Positions 1 to 13,109 of a stretch of 64,000 nucleotides of DNA are shown here, in pieces. The notes under the pieces were generated by a model. It saw only the letters and a list, made by a program, of their open reading frames with translations. It did no database searches and was not told the origin of the DNA. This stretch comes from the human T2T-CHM13v2.0 reference genome, Homo sapiens, in NCBI RefSeq assembly GCF_009914755.1, contig NC_060928.1; one strand, given 5' to 3'. A program made the translations under genes and the position numbers. The stretch's first letter is position 1, and each line of letters opens with the position of its first letter.

Positions 1-1402
1 GATTATTCAAATAACTTATAAAAATAATTAGAAGTCTGCTATTCTATTTTGACCTTACCATTTCAGATACAAGCTCAGAGCCTCATAGTAGCACTGCCAA
101 AGGAAGCAAAGATAAGCCAGTGTGAAGCCTTTACAGGCACGAGGTTTGTGACAGGCAGTTTATTTTCCGTAAACTGGTAATAAGTTAATTATATTATTTC
201 TGAAAAAAAATTATAAAAAGTCCCATCAACTAATTGTTTCTATTTTGAGAAAATAGTTTTTTTTCCAAAAGGAATTACTCTGAGTGACAGCTGTCTTCAT
301 AGCTATTAAAAACCTTTTCAACTTCTGGAACGTAGGCAGCATAATTATAATACTCCGTCCTTGAAAACAATATAATTTGCCAAAAAAGGTTAAAAAAATC
401 TGTATCTATGCTAAAGTACTAGGAAGTGGTCACAGCCTCATGCCAAACACGTAGAACAATACCTGCCAGATTCATTAGTGTCCAATCTCACTTAAGAGAG
501 GATGCTTGACAGCTGAGTTGACAAAGCTACCATTTAATGATTTGGGCAGCTAGAAAGAGAGGTAGGTTTGAAGCATAATTTAAAAAATCTATTTTTATGG
601 CAAATTCATAATGATAATTAGGCCACAAACTTAACATGTAAGAGGGCAACTGAATACACAATTGAGCAATTCAGTAAAAATATAATTTTAGGACACATGA
701 GTATATGTTTCTGATTTCATGTAGGACTAGGAAGAGACTATCTATAGAGACCTGAAGGGGGGCGGGTGAGAGGACTATGCATTAGAGCCACATTTCATAT
801 GAGAATTGGCTTTGATAGAATTAACCTCATTCAAAAAAAAAAAAAAGGAAAAGGAACAAGGAAAGAGACACATGCAAATAAAATATAGTAAAAAGAAAGA
901 AAATATAGATGTCATGAAAAAATAAATAAATGAAGAAACAAATTAGTACAGATTAACATCCATACTCTAAGTTACAACAAACAGAAACTCTATAAAGCTA
1001 AGACAGAAGACAGTGTGATGAAAATTGAGACAGGCATACTAAGGGAATAAATTGAGGAAAAACACAACTGGATATCATGAAGTGGAAACGAAGCAGAAAA
1101 GCATGAATCAATAGTGTAGAAAGTCAAATCCCTCGCATGGAGGACAAGTTGAAAGAAATCATCCATACTGGGAAAGAAAAGAGTAAAGGAAGCCAGCAAG
1201 CTCACACAAAGAACATAATAACTGAAGAGAACAGACAAAAAAATGATATCAAATAGTGATCCTCTAATCTACCCCAAAAGAACACCAAAGGAAACAAAAC
1301 AAAAAATATTCAAATTTAATAATGGAATACAATTTTAATTAAAAGAAAACACAAACTTTTAATAAAACATTTGCCTGTACTTCAGGCAAAATTAAAGACA
1401 TT

Positions 1403-1918
1403 TGGTGATGGTAATTAGTATTATTGATCCCAATTCTCCATTTCTCCTTGTGTTCACAGCCTTTGTTCATGTAATTTTGTAGTTTTCCCACTGGAAGTGG
1501 AATTTACTTCCCTCCCTTCTGATGATGGGCCTAACTGTGTACTTGTTTTAACCATTAATAGGTATGAGGAAAAGGCAGCAGTGTGTAATCACTAAGTCCA
1601 AGCCTTAAGAGGCATCCATATTCCATTTTGCTTTTCTTAAGCTTCTTCCATCCCTATGAGATTTTCAGTGCACTAGAATCCATGCCTCTCATTTACATCT
1701 AATACCTGGTTTATTCAATGGTTCAGATAGCATAATAAACATGTGGGGCAGATGTGGACCCAAACTGCAGCTTGAAATATTGTCCAGCTAAGCCCAGCCT
1801 TTTCAACCAGACCCCTGATTAACCTACCAGCACATGATCACAAATCAATAACCACTTTAAATCAATGAGTTTCTAGGTGAACTCTTACGTGGCACTTTTG
1901 TGGCAATAGTTAACAGAG
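1403..1918 (+). mobile_element. MLT1H-like solo LTR (ERVL-MaLR)
   Basis: Starts tggtgatggtaattagtattattgatcccaattct...cccactggaagtggaatttacttccctcccttc and ends ttttgtggcaatagttaacag, matching MLT1H-group termini. Confidence 0.7.
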
Positions 1919-2224
1919 GAATTCACCAAGCAGAAAATATTTTATTGGTTATTTAAATTCAAGCTTAAAGAAATAAGCTACTTTGGAAAAAAATGCATGG
2001 AAGTACATTCACAAAGTATATGAAAAGAAATCAATAAATATTTGTTGGATTATGAGTAAATCCAGAGGGAAGACATTTACTTTTAAAGAAAGAAAAATAT
2101 TAAGCAAACTGACCTCAGGCATCTCTGTAATACTGAATGACTCCAAAATCTATTTATAAGACAACAGCTAGGGAATTTTTTAAAAGCTAAAAGGGATCAC
2201 TCAACCCCATTTTTCAGAACACTG

Positions 2225-2690
2225 CATTGGCTTATATTATACTCAGATTAAAATCCAGACTACTTCCCTTAAATGAGCTGGCCCAAAGCTGTATCTCCAA
2301 TCTCTTACACAACCTTCGCCATCACTTAATTTTCTCTGCTCATACAGGCCTCCCTAGTAAAAGCCAGAATTTTTTCAGGCTCAAAGTCTTTTGCAATTGC
2401 TATTTCCTCTGCTTAGTCACTCTCCTTAGTCATTTCAGATTGCTTGTTCCCAGATGCCTGTCCTAACCACTTCTAAAAGTAGCATTCATCTCCTCCACAT
2501 AGCATAGTATATATTTATTTCTGTGTTATGTATTTATTTACTTGTTTATTGCATTTGACTGCAGAGAGTTCTATCAGAGTTGCAGTTTGGGTTTCTTGTT
2601 CATTGCTGTATACCTAGCAACTGACAATATATTTGAAAGAAAATACAGCCAATAGGTAATTGATAAATATTTTTTAATACACTGATAAAC
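2225..2690 (+). mobile_element. L2 3' end fragment
   Basis: Typical L2 3' motifs: aaaatccagact, tttgcaattgctatttcctctgc, tttatttacttgtttattg, tcttgttcattgctgtatacctagca, ataaatatt. Confidence 0.7.
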
Positions 2691-4689
2691 AAATGCTATA
2701 AATCAGATGAACATCAAAATCATTTAAATGGGAAAAAGTCCCTAACAAAATTCTCTGTGGAGCATATAATCCTGTAAAGTCTCCAAATAAAGTCCACTTT
2801 GTAGAACAATCTATACTAGTTAAAAATAAACAGAAATAAAACTGCAAATATCTGAGTTTAACAGTATCAAAGTACTAGTGGTAGCATTGAATCTAGTTAT
2901 AGACACAGAAATGTGTTAATGTAATTTTGATAATTATGGATATGATGTTATGATATAAATTGTAAAAATTCACTATCTAATATAACAGGTGTAATAATTT
3001 ATTTACAAAAAGATTAACAATGTTAAGAAGAAAGGCAGGAGAAGGTATATGTAATTCATTATTATTTCTAATGAGAGTCTGTACATTTTGCTTTGTTTCT
3101 GAGGTCGATACATCAAGAAACATAGGGTGAGGATTAACATAAATAGGTAAAGCAAATTCTGCTAATAAGACAAAAAGCACTCTATAATGTTCAGATTATC
3201 AGAAGGGAACATAAGTAAAACAATGAGACAGATCATAAAGCACATGAGAGATAACAGAGGTAATTTCTAGGAAACATTAAAAAACTAAATCAAATAAGAC
3301 AACAAGTGAAAACAATGTGATATGTCATATCAATATATAAATGCAATAACTTCACAATCAGGGTTATGACATTAAATTCAACTATATAGGGTTGTAAAAT
3401 TAAACTGTATGTTTATAAAGAGACACACCCTGCAACATAGTAATTTAAAATGCTTGAATATAAAAGAGTGGGAAATATAGAGAGAAAAATGCAAAAAAAA
3501 AAAAAAAAGTTTCCATAACTTTAATGTCAGAAAGTAAATGAAGTTCAAAGTAAAAGAAAATCAGCAAAATATATAAACCAAAAAAATGCTAGAAATATAA
3601 GAAGAAAAGGGTAGAAAAAAATGTACTCTCCTCTGAAAGTCCAAGCAGACAGAAAAATATATAAGTTCTTAGTAGGCATATTACAATCTAAATCAAGACA
3701 GCAGCAAAGACCAATTAAGCCTCTATATACTTTAGACATATTAGAAACGGTACAGACTACATCATCAGCAATTAAACAAAAATAACAGAAAAACATGAGA
3801 AGGAACTCAGGTGCCAGACAGTAAAGCAAAACCATAAGCATGTATATTTAGAAAATAATTATAATGAGCTGAGCACATTTTCAGAAACTATAGAATATGG
3901 TGGAAGTTGTACTCAGAGGAAAATTTACAGTCTTAAACATTTTCGTTACTAAAGAAGAGATAAAATAAATTAAGCATTGAGCTCAAGAATTTTAAAAAGA
4001 GAACATGAAAATAAATAATATGAAAATAATATTAAAATGATTTAAATCGAAAAATAATGATGTCAAAATCAGGAAAAACACATTCAGTGAAATTTGACGG
4101 ATGAATACAATAATTCAACAAATTTATTCCTGGTCCTATTCTAAACACTTGGATGACGTTAGTGGGCAAGTGGTTTTACATTAAAAGGAACAGATCCTCT
4201 CAATCTAATCTAAGTTGTCCCAGAGACTATGAGGTATAAGAAAAGCTTCCAACTAATTTTAGAGGTCAGTATATCCTTGAAAGCAAACCCCACACCCAAA
4301 ACGAAAGAAAAGACAGAATAGAAAGAAAAGTAAAATCTTGAACATAGTTTAAAATATGCTAATTATACATTAATATTTTGACCAAATTTTATGATAAGTT
4401 CTTTTTGTTAATTACCAGGGAAGAAATACAATTATTATTTCTCTTAAAATCTAAAACAAATGTTTTATTTAAAATTTGAAATAAATTTTCCTTGCCCATT
4501 TTACCCTTTTCACTACAAATTCCAAAAACCAAACATTTAGCTGGGCACGGTGGCGTGTAATTATGCTCTTTCCTTAGCTGCAACATGTGCTGCTTTGTTC
4601 GTTAACTGGCAGAGCTCCTTCAGAGTCTCCGAAATTGTACCAGTTCAACATTAAGTCTGTAATGTGCCTAATTAAGTTTTTAGCTTAAC

Positions 4690-5035
4690 AAATTAAACTA
4701 TATAACATAATTAATTTTTTGAAATGTGTACAATCATGTAACTCTCCTAATATCATGATATATAACATTTCCATCAATCTAAAAAGGTCTGTACCCTGAT
4801 GTCATTGTTACATATTGTATGCCTGTATCAAAATATCTCATACTCCCCATAAAATATATATCTACTATGTACTCATTAAAATTGAAAGTTGAAAATTGAA
4901 AAAAAAGCTCCCTTGTAGCATTTTTTTGAGTCAACTTTGAACCCTGGTAAACCACTGAGGGGCCTGCTATTACTATAGTTTACACTAGGATCTAAAATGA
5001 GTAAAATGCTTCTTCCCTTTTTAAGATGCATTCAT
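4690..5035 (-). mobile_element. Old L1M (MC/ME-type) 3' fragment, antisense, split by the L1MA piece
   Basis: ttttgaaatgtgtacaatcatgtaac...tataacatttccatca and ctcccttgt...ccctggtaaaccactg match the antisense L1M 3' UTR. Confidence 0.55.
4791..4907 (+). mobile_element. Short L1MA-type 3' end with A-rich tail
   Basis: taccctgatgtcattgttacatattgtatgcctgtatcaaaatatctcat...ccccataaaatatatatctactatgtac is the L1MA 3' terminus, followed by an A-rich tail. Confidence 0.8.
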
Positions 5036-7359
5036 GTTTGTTCCCTGTCTTCAGCAGTACACAGCATACATCAAATATCCACCAACTGGTCAATGGAAAG
5101 CAAATTATCATCCATTTATACAATAGACTTATTTATGTTTTAAGAAGACAAAAATACAAAGAAGCAAGATCATCAGAGCACTAGCCTCACAACCAAATCA
5201 AATTTGTGAAACAAATCCATTCTGATCCTCATACCTGTTGTCCCAGGACTCAATACTGAGTATTCCTAAAGTCCAAGACATAGTTTTTTTGGTGTTTGAG
5301 GCAAGGACTGTGCAGAGAAGCATTTCTTTGTTTTTAGCCAAAAACCAGGAATACCAGTAGTCTGGAATACCAGGTAGTTTGTGCCAGTTGTCTAGAATCC
5401 ATGATGAATTCATTAACATTCAATTAGGAAAAGGTCCAACAAGAACTTAATTTTGTCAGAACATATTTACCACATTTAGAAGCCAACCAGTCTATGGAAA
5501 CTGCCTCCTAAGTGAATTCCCCACATTTGTTTCAGCTGGAGCAGATTTCTGAAATCAAGTAGATTTCTCAAATGAAGCTACTATAAATGTTTCTGAAGCC
5601 TGTTCCACTAAGAGTAAAAACTGGGCATGGGGTAGACTGGTATGAACAAAACTTTGGTTTTTATGCACCTCAAAATACTTTTTTCTTCTATTTTCAATTC
5701 TATAAATTTTTCAGTAATGTTCCCTCTGGACCCAGGCAGTATCTGCATACCCACTTATCATGTTTCTCTCACCTTGAAATACACTCGGTAATGTTTTCTT
5801 GGAGTCCTTTTTATTCCTGAGCTTGTGGACAAGTCTGTATGTACGTCCACAGAATCCTCTATGGCCTTGAATGCAGAATGAAATTTGATTTAGTGTCTTT
5901 AGTCATGTCTACATAAGCCTAGCTTTAAAGGTTTAAAGCAAGAAATTCTCCTGTGTTCTACAACACAAGCAAACACAAATGCCTTGGATTTCAGCTGCAT
6001 TAGAAATTGTTCAGCCCAGAAATGCTTAAGACAACAAATATCTGTTTCCTTAGGATCAAAACTTTGTTTCAGCCAAACATTCCTAGGAAATCCTGAAATT
6101 GCATTGCAAGGCAACGATGGCCTGCAAACGAATGTTGCCTGAGCCTGCATAAGTGGTCTTGAGATTGTGACTGCCATGTTGGCCACCTGTAGGGCAGTAT
6201 TGGAGAGGCCACTCCTGACCTCTGCTGTTTTTATAATTTATTCCTCCCTTTCTTTTGTGTTCACTTGCTAAGGCTCCAGCAACACTATGATATATTCCAG
6301 AGGCTCTTTTAGCCTCCACAGAAGTCACTCAGATATCTTTCATTTGTGTTTGTTTGTGTTCTTATAGTACTATTCACTTTTGTGCATTTGTCTTTGACAT
6401 TTCTGAGGAAACCGTCACCTTCCTCAAGGTTCAAGTATTTTTGCCTGTATTCCTGATTTTATAAACATGGGCAATCTACTATGGGAAAGCTCTCCATAGA
6501 AAAGTCATCATGAAATTCAAAATGTTACATAGCCCAAGGCTTAGAGCCTGTTGTCTATTTGCCTCTAGAAACCATTAAGATTTCAAATCTAGTAAAATCC
6601 TAAATTGTAAAGTCAAAAGTCACATGCTAGACTCTACCAAAAAGACTCTCCTCTTGTATTTCTGTGTCCTCCTAATTCACAATGCCTTCAGTCATGCAGA
6701 AGATATTGGTATCTCCAATAGAACACTTCATAAATAGTTGTACCTTCCCTGGTAAGGTTCTAAAAATAATTAAAAAGAGTAACTTAGGGTGTAGGATAAA
6801 ATATTACTATTATTATTTACAGCAATGGACATGGAGAATGTGTTTACTGTGGAATCCAAATAGGTCTCTCAACTGAGCTCAACAATTAGGGAATTAAATC
6901 CACCCAGTTACTTCGACTGAGTCACATTTGTAGCATGCATTTGTAGCTTGGAGAAGTAGAGGATAATTCGTGATTTCTACTGCTGTGTAGACCCTAAAGA
7001 AAGAGAACAGCCCAGAGGACAGCCCGGGATATGTATGTCCAGTTTATTCTTCCCACATTTCTCATCAGCTAAGTCACTATCCTTCTCCTAGAGAGGATAG
7101 ACTAATGGAAAAAGAAATGACAAGAATCTTATAGCTACTGGAGTTCCACGCATGGGAAGAAAGTATCATGATTGAAAATATAACTCCTTCTAATAAAATT
7201 AAATAAGTTCATCCCACAAGAACTGCTCTTGATAAGACATATCTGTGATATCTTAGTTGTATTGTGAAAAATGTGGGAAAAAATTAAAAATCAAAATTAT
7301 GTATAGCTTTAAGACTATCAAAAGTAGTACTTCCATAATTCTAACCATATTTAATTTTT

Positions 7360-8225
7360 TTAAATAAAAAAGCTCCCTTTCTCTTTGAATGCAGAAAATA
7401 GAAAGAACATAACCATCTCACTCTATAAATGAGAAAACGCTGGAGGAACTACAAAATTGAAGGAGCAATGGCCTCTCCAAGGGGAGTCTTGTGTTGCAGA
7501 ACAATAGAAGAAGATGTGGCAGGCATTCAAATGGGTACAAAGACATGAGCTAAGATTTCAAAGAATTGTAAAAATAATGAGTGTGGTGAAGAAGGTTAGT
7601 ATAGAAACCATTGGAGACCCAAAATAAAAAGTGGAACCCACACGCATCTACAGGCCTTTTTTCCCACAGATCTCCATAAATTGTTTACAAGCAACACTGG
7701 GGCGGAATCAGAGTACAAAAAACAAAAAACAAAAAACAAAAACAAACAAACAAACTTCTATTATTCGGTTCCTATAGGAAAAGATTTACTGCTGCTGTTG
7801 GAAATATTCAGAATCCCACTTTTTGCTTGGAGTAGTCATTCATACTCAGAAAAATCCTTAGCTACTACGAAAGGAACAGTAAACTCTACTGTAGTCTGTA
7901 TGCAGGTAATGTTTGATTATGAGTGGCAGAAGGATGAAAAGGAAACACCTCATAAACTTGGGGAAGTAGCAAGAAATATTCCTGAGTTCAGGACCCTATA
8001 TCAATACTATTAGGGATTTCCTTCTTGTTGGGGAGCAAACTCTCTCCTACACAAGATCCAACAGAGATACAAAACACAATTGGATTATCGTGGAGAAGAA
8101 GGAAAGGACCATAGGGAAAACTTTGTCTATGAGGCTGAGTTACTCACTCCAGAACCATTCAGTTGGGGGTTGGTGGGGGAGCTCTAACAAACAAAAGGAG
8201 CAGTTTAACACTGAGGGAAGGGCAA
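7360..8225 (+). mobile_element. Probable old L1M (L1MC/M4) 5' UTR fragment
   Basis: Composition and motifs (gagaaaacgctggaggaactacaaaat) resemble ancient L1 5' ends; weak match from memory. Confidence 0.35.
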
Positions 8226-8763
8226 TGTGTTAGGGTTCTCCAGAGAAACAGAAACAATAGAGGTGTGAGTGTGTGTTAACTTATTATTACTTTATTATAA
8301 GGAATTGGCTCATGGAATTCCTTATTATAAATGACAAGGGATTGGATGAGCCTGAGACTGAGAAGTCCCCAAGGTCTGTAGTTGGCAAGCTGGAGCCTCA
8401 TAAGAACTGACAGTGTAGTTCCAATCTGAAAGCTGGCAGGTTTTAGATCCAAGAAGAGCTGATGCTTTTGTTCAGATCCAAAGGAAAGAAAAGACCAATG
8501 TCCCAGCTCAGGGCAGTCAGGCAGAGAGTTCCCTCTTACTCTTACTCAAGGAAGAGTCAGCATTTTTGTTCTACTCTGGCTGTCAACTGATTGGATGAGA
8601 TCCACACAAATTAGAGACATCAATATGCTGTATTCAGTCTATCAACTGAAATGTTAACCTCATCTAAAAACACCCTCACAGATATACTCCAGATAATGTT
8701 TTACCAAATGTCTTGGCACCCTATAGGATTGGCCCAGTCAAGTTGACATAATATTAGCCATCA
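8226..8763 (-). mobile_element. MLT2B-like solo LTR (ERVL)
   Basis: Begins tgtgttagggttctccagagaaacagaa and ends ggcccagtcaagttgacacataatattagccatca, the reverse complement of the MLT2 termini. Confidence 0.88.
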
Positions 8764-8799
8764 GGGACAAGATAATGGAGAAGACACTTTGTGGCACAA

Positions 8800-9114
8800 G
8801 TATACAAGAATAGCTGCACATGACCAGTAATACATATAATACATATGGACAATATATACCCCTGATGTGACACACTAAGAGGAGCACATCACTTTTGTTG
8901 TATTCTGGCCAAAAATGCATTACCTCAAGTTAATCATAATAAGCAGCAGGTAAACCTAAATTAGGGATACTCTATAAAATAACTAATCAGGACTTTTCAA
9001 ACATGTCAAGGTCATGAAAAATCAAGAAAGGCAGAGAAATAGCCACAAGTTGCAGGAGACCGAAGACACATGACAACTAAACGCCATGTGGGAATATGGA
9101 TTAGATTCTTCAAC

Positions 9115-9153
<39 letters not shown>

Positions 9154-9365
9154 GCTAATAGAAAAGCTGGAGAAATCCAAATATGATCAAACAGTTAATA
9201 GCATTGTACCAATATTAATTTATTAGTTTTGATAATAGTGTTATGGTTATGTAAGATCATAACCTTAGAGAAATATGGGGGAAAGTCATACAGGGACTCT
9301 CCATAGTGTTTTGCAACTCTTCTGCAAATCTAATATTATTTCAAAGTAAACATTTTTTAAAAGAA
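8800..9365 (+). mobile_element. L1MC4-like (MER42) 3' UTR with an internal A32 run
   Basis: cctgatgtgacacactaagaggagcacatcactt...gtcaaggtcatgaaa...catgacaactaaa...ttgcaactcttctgcaaatctaatattatttcaaa. Confidence 0.8.
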
Positions 9366-9526
9366 GTAAATTATCAGCGTTAGAAATGAAAGTTGAAGCA
9401 TTTCTAAAGGATGCTAAGACATATCAAAAACAAATTTATATCAATATGTTTGATAATGTAGATGATATGCATGAATTCCTTAAGTTATGGAATTTATCAA
9501 CATTAATTCAAGAAGAAATAGATAAC

Positions 9527-9655
9527 TGCCTGTCTTCTCCCAATAGAATGTAAACTCCCTTAGAGCCTTGATTTTATCTAGTTTATTTATCAATGTATCC
9601 CTTGTGTCTAGAACAGATTTTTAAACATTCAGTAAACACTTAATGAGTAAAAATG
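9527..9655 (+). mobile_element. L2 3' terminal fragment nested in L1M ORF2
   Basis: tgcctgtcttctcccaatagaatgtaaactcc...tgtatcccttgtgtctagaacag...cagtaaacacttaatgag; L1 sequence is contiguous on both sides. Confidence 0.7.
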
Positions 9656-11150
9656 GCAAATTCAATAGCAAAGTTCAGTTACTAAAGAATTAAATTTGTA
9701 TTTAAAAACTTTCCAACAAAGAAAGATTAAGGTCTAGATAACATCACTGATGAATTTTACTTAATATTTAAGGGAGAAATAATACCAATTTTACATCATG
9801 TATTTCAGAAAATAAAACAAGTAGGAACCTATCTCAATTGATTTTTTAAGGCAAGAATTATCCTGATTTAAAACCAAACAAAGGAATTACAGTAAAACTG
9901 TAGAACAATATTCTTCATTATCATAAATGTGAAGATAGTTAACCAAATATTGGTACCGCAAAGCCAGTTAAAAATATGAATCTTGAACTATGCCTTACAC
10001 AAGGCTTTACTGAGGATATGTAGAGCATGATGTGGAAAAAAAAGCACATAATAAATGATCAACTTAATCCTGGAAAGTTAAGATTGCTCAGCATTTGAAA
10101 GTCAATCAATGTAGCTCTATAACCACAAACTGAAGCTGTATGATTATTTCAGTTGATGCAGAAAAACATTTGACAAAATTTTACATTCATTTATTACTTA
10201 AAAAAATCACACTCTAAGGAAAGTAGACGTTGAAGCAAACTTTCTCAACCTGATAAAGAACATACTTGAAAAAGTTACAATTGACATGACACTTTATGAT
10301 AGAATACTGAACATGTTCCCTGTCATGTTAAAAGCAATGTAAGGATGTCTGCTGACACAATCTTTACTCAATATTGTATTGAAAACCCTAGCCAGTAAAA
10401 TCAGATAAGAAAATTTTAATAAAAGTCATGTGGATTAAAAAGGGAGGGGACAACTGTTCTTCTTCACAGATTAAAAAAAAATGATTGTCTATGTAAAAAA
10501 TCCTAAAAAGTCTATGAAAACTCTTATATCTGATAAATAAGATTATCAAGATTGACAAAATACAATCACTTTATACCAGCAATGAAGAAATAAAAACTAA
10601 CAAATATAGTAAAATTGCAACAACATATGAAATACTAATCATATATGTGCACTCTCTTTTCACTGAAACTATAAAACATTTACATGAGAAATAGAAGTAG
10701 GCCTAAAAATAAATGACGTATTCCTTGTTCATGAATCAGATTGCTCAATATTGTTAAGAATATCAATTCTTTTTCAATTAATCCATAGGTAAAAAGCAAT
10801 TGTAATAAAAATACCAGCAAGTTTTTAAAATAGTCATTGACAACCTGAATCTTTAGTTTTTACAGAAAATCAAAGAAACTTAGAATAGCAAAAACAAATT
10901 TAAAAACAATTGGAGTACTCATATGTACATTTTGAGGATTGAGTACAAAGCAATGAAGTTAACATGGTATTGATGAAAAGACAGATTTATAGGTCATTGG
11001 AATAGAATTTAAAAACCAGATATAGGCCTACTTTTATACAGTCAAACGATTTTCAGCAAAGGTAATTCAGTGGAAAAAGTGGCTTTTAAACCAATGGTGC
11101 TGGCACAATTAAATATCTACAGATAAAAACATCAATCTTGACCTATACCT

Positions 11151-11634
11151 TGTATAAGACAGCATTGAGGATATGCAGGGTATTCAGAAAAAACAAATAA
11201 AAACAACTTTTTTGTTGTTGTTTTCGTTTTAGGCAGTTCCTCTGTCGACAAAAGCAAGTTACGTCAGTAACATCCTGACAGGTCATTCTCCAAAGATCCT
11301 GTAAAAGAAGTACTGTGTCAGCCAGGGAGAGTGATCTATTCATTAAGCTATCCTCTTGGAACCAACGCATGCCTGAGGGCCTAGGTTTATCCAATATTCA
11401 TGAGTTCCAGAGGTCCTCAGAGCATATGGTTGAATCAATTAACATGTAAAAATGTTGGAGGTACCCGAAAGGGGAGAAATGCAGACATGGGACTCCTGTG
11501 GGTTGTCTCAGGAACCTGAGTGGTACTTTGAATGTTTTGAAGGAATCTCTACGAAGGAGAGAGGGCAAGCTCTGTGGTGTATGGCCCCAGGCAAGGCTCT
11601 CACTTGCCCAGGTCAAAAAGCAGTACCATTTTCC
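11151..11634. mobile_element. Unassigned LTR-like insertion within L1M ORF2
   Basis: About 480 bp of GC-richer sequence, starting tg and ending ca, separating L1 ...cttgacctatacct from ccatatacaaaa... Confidence 0.5.
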
Positions 11635-12675
11635 ACCATATACAAAACTCCATTGAAAATTGGACATAAATCTGCTATAGAATATAAAATGTAAAAACGA
11701 CTGAATGATGGGGAAAAATCGCTATAATCTTGAGTTAGTCAAATATTTTTTCAGATGATACACATAAAGCAAGAGCTATTAATGGAAAAATATGTTACAT
11801 ACTTGACTTCCACAAAATTTAAAACTTCTGCTACTTGAAAGATGGTTACGAGAATGAAAAGACCAGTCACTAACTAGGAATAAATAATTACACAGCCCAT
11901 ATATAATGAATAGTAGATATTCTTCATACATAAAATTATCAACACCAAATAATAAAAAAACTGATTTTAAAATGGGCAAAAAATTGAATATACACATCTT
12001 CAAAGAAGATACATAGATGATAAATAAGCACATGAAAAGAAAGTCATCATCATTAATCATTAAGGATAATTTTTAAAAAACATAATGAGATGATGCTATG
12101 AATCTATTAAAGTGTCTTACATGAATACTCATAGCTGAAAATTTCAAGTGTAGAGGAGTGAAAGGATGAACTGAAATCTCATGTGTTGCTGGTAAGATTT
12201 CAAAATGATAAAGCCACTTTGCAAGATAATTTGGCTTATAATAACAGTAAAAGACAATCTTACCTTATGACTCAGTAGCCCTAATACTGCTGTCTCAAGA
12301 GAAATGAAAACATATGTCTATGCAAAACATATTTGCAAATACTTATATCAGTTTTATTTATAGTCATCAAAACCAGGAAACAATTCAAATATTCAGCAAG
12401 TCATAAATGGGAAAAAATGGTGTCTATTCGTACAATGGAATACTACTGAACAATAAAAAGAAATGATCTATTCATCAATGGGAAAGAATCTTATAAGCAA
12501 CATGGCAAGTGAAGAAAAGACAGGCACAAAATATTGTATAACTATCATTTATCTGACACATAAAATTAACCATCACATTTTACAATGAGTATATACAATA
12601 CTCATTGTACTGTGTGGTGGTGAATATATATATAAAGTATATATAATATAAATCAAACATTATAAATACATATAT

Positions 12676-12992
<317 letters not shown>

Positions 12993-13109
12993 TTATATAT
13001 ACATATATAATTGTGTGTTTTATGTATATATTATACATAATACAGTATATATTTTATACATATATATGTGTGTGGTTAGACACATCCACATCTTTTCTAT
13101 TTCCTTACT

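Larger units (their letters stand above)
900..4420 (+). mobile_element. Ancient, highly decayed L1 (L1M/L1ME or HAL1-like): ORF1 remnant followed by the ORF2 endonuclease region; interrupted by an MLT1 LTR and an L2 fragment
   Basis: A-rich plus strand. 3330-3560 resembles the L1 ORF2 start (tataaatgcaataacttcacaatc...tgtttataaagagacacac...ataactttaatgtcagaaa). 900-2200 resembles degraded ORF1. Boundaries are approximate. Confidence 0.55.
9366..12560 (+). mobile_element. Old L1M ORF2 (RT to C-terminus) and start of 3' UTR, decayed; contains an L2 fragment and a 0.48-kb insert
   Basis: Collinear L1 ORF2 landmarks: gatgcagaaaaacatttgacaaaatt, ctcaacctgataaagaacat, caatattgttaag, caaagaagatacatagatg, tacaatggaatactact. 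Confidence 0.8.

Noticed and set aside
757-768. GC box gggggcggg
   Set aside because: Isolated motif in AT-rich DNA with no CpG island or other promoter evidence
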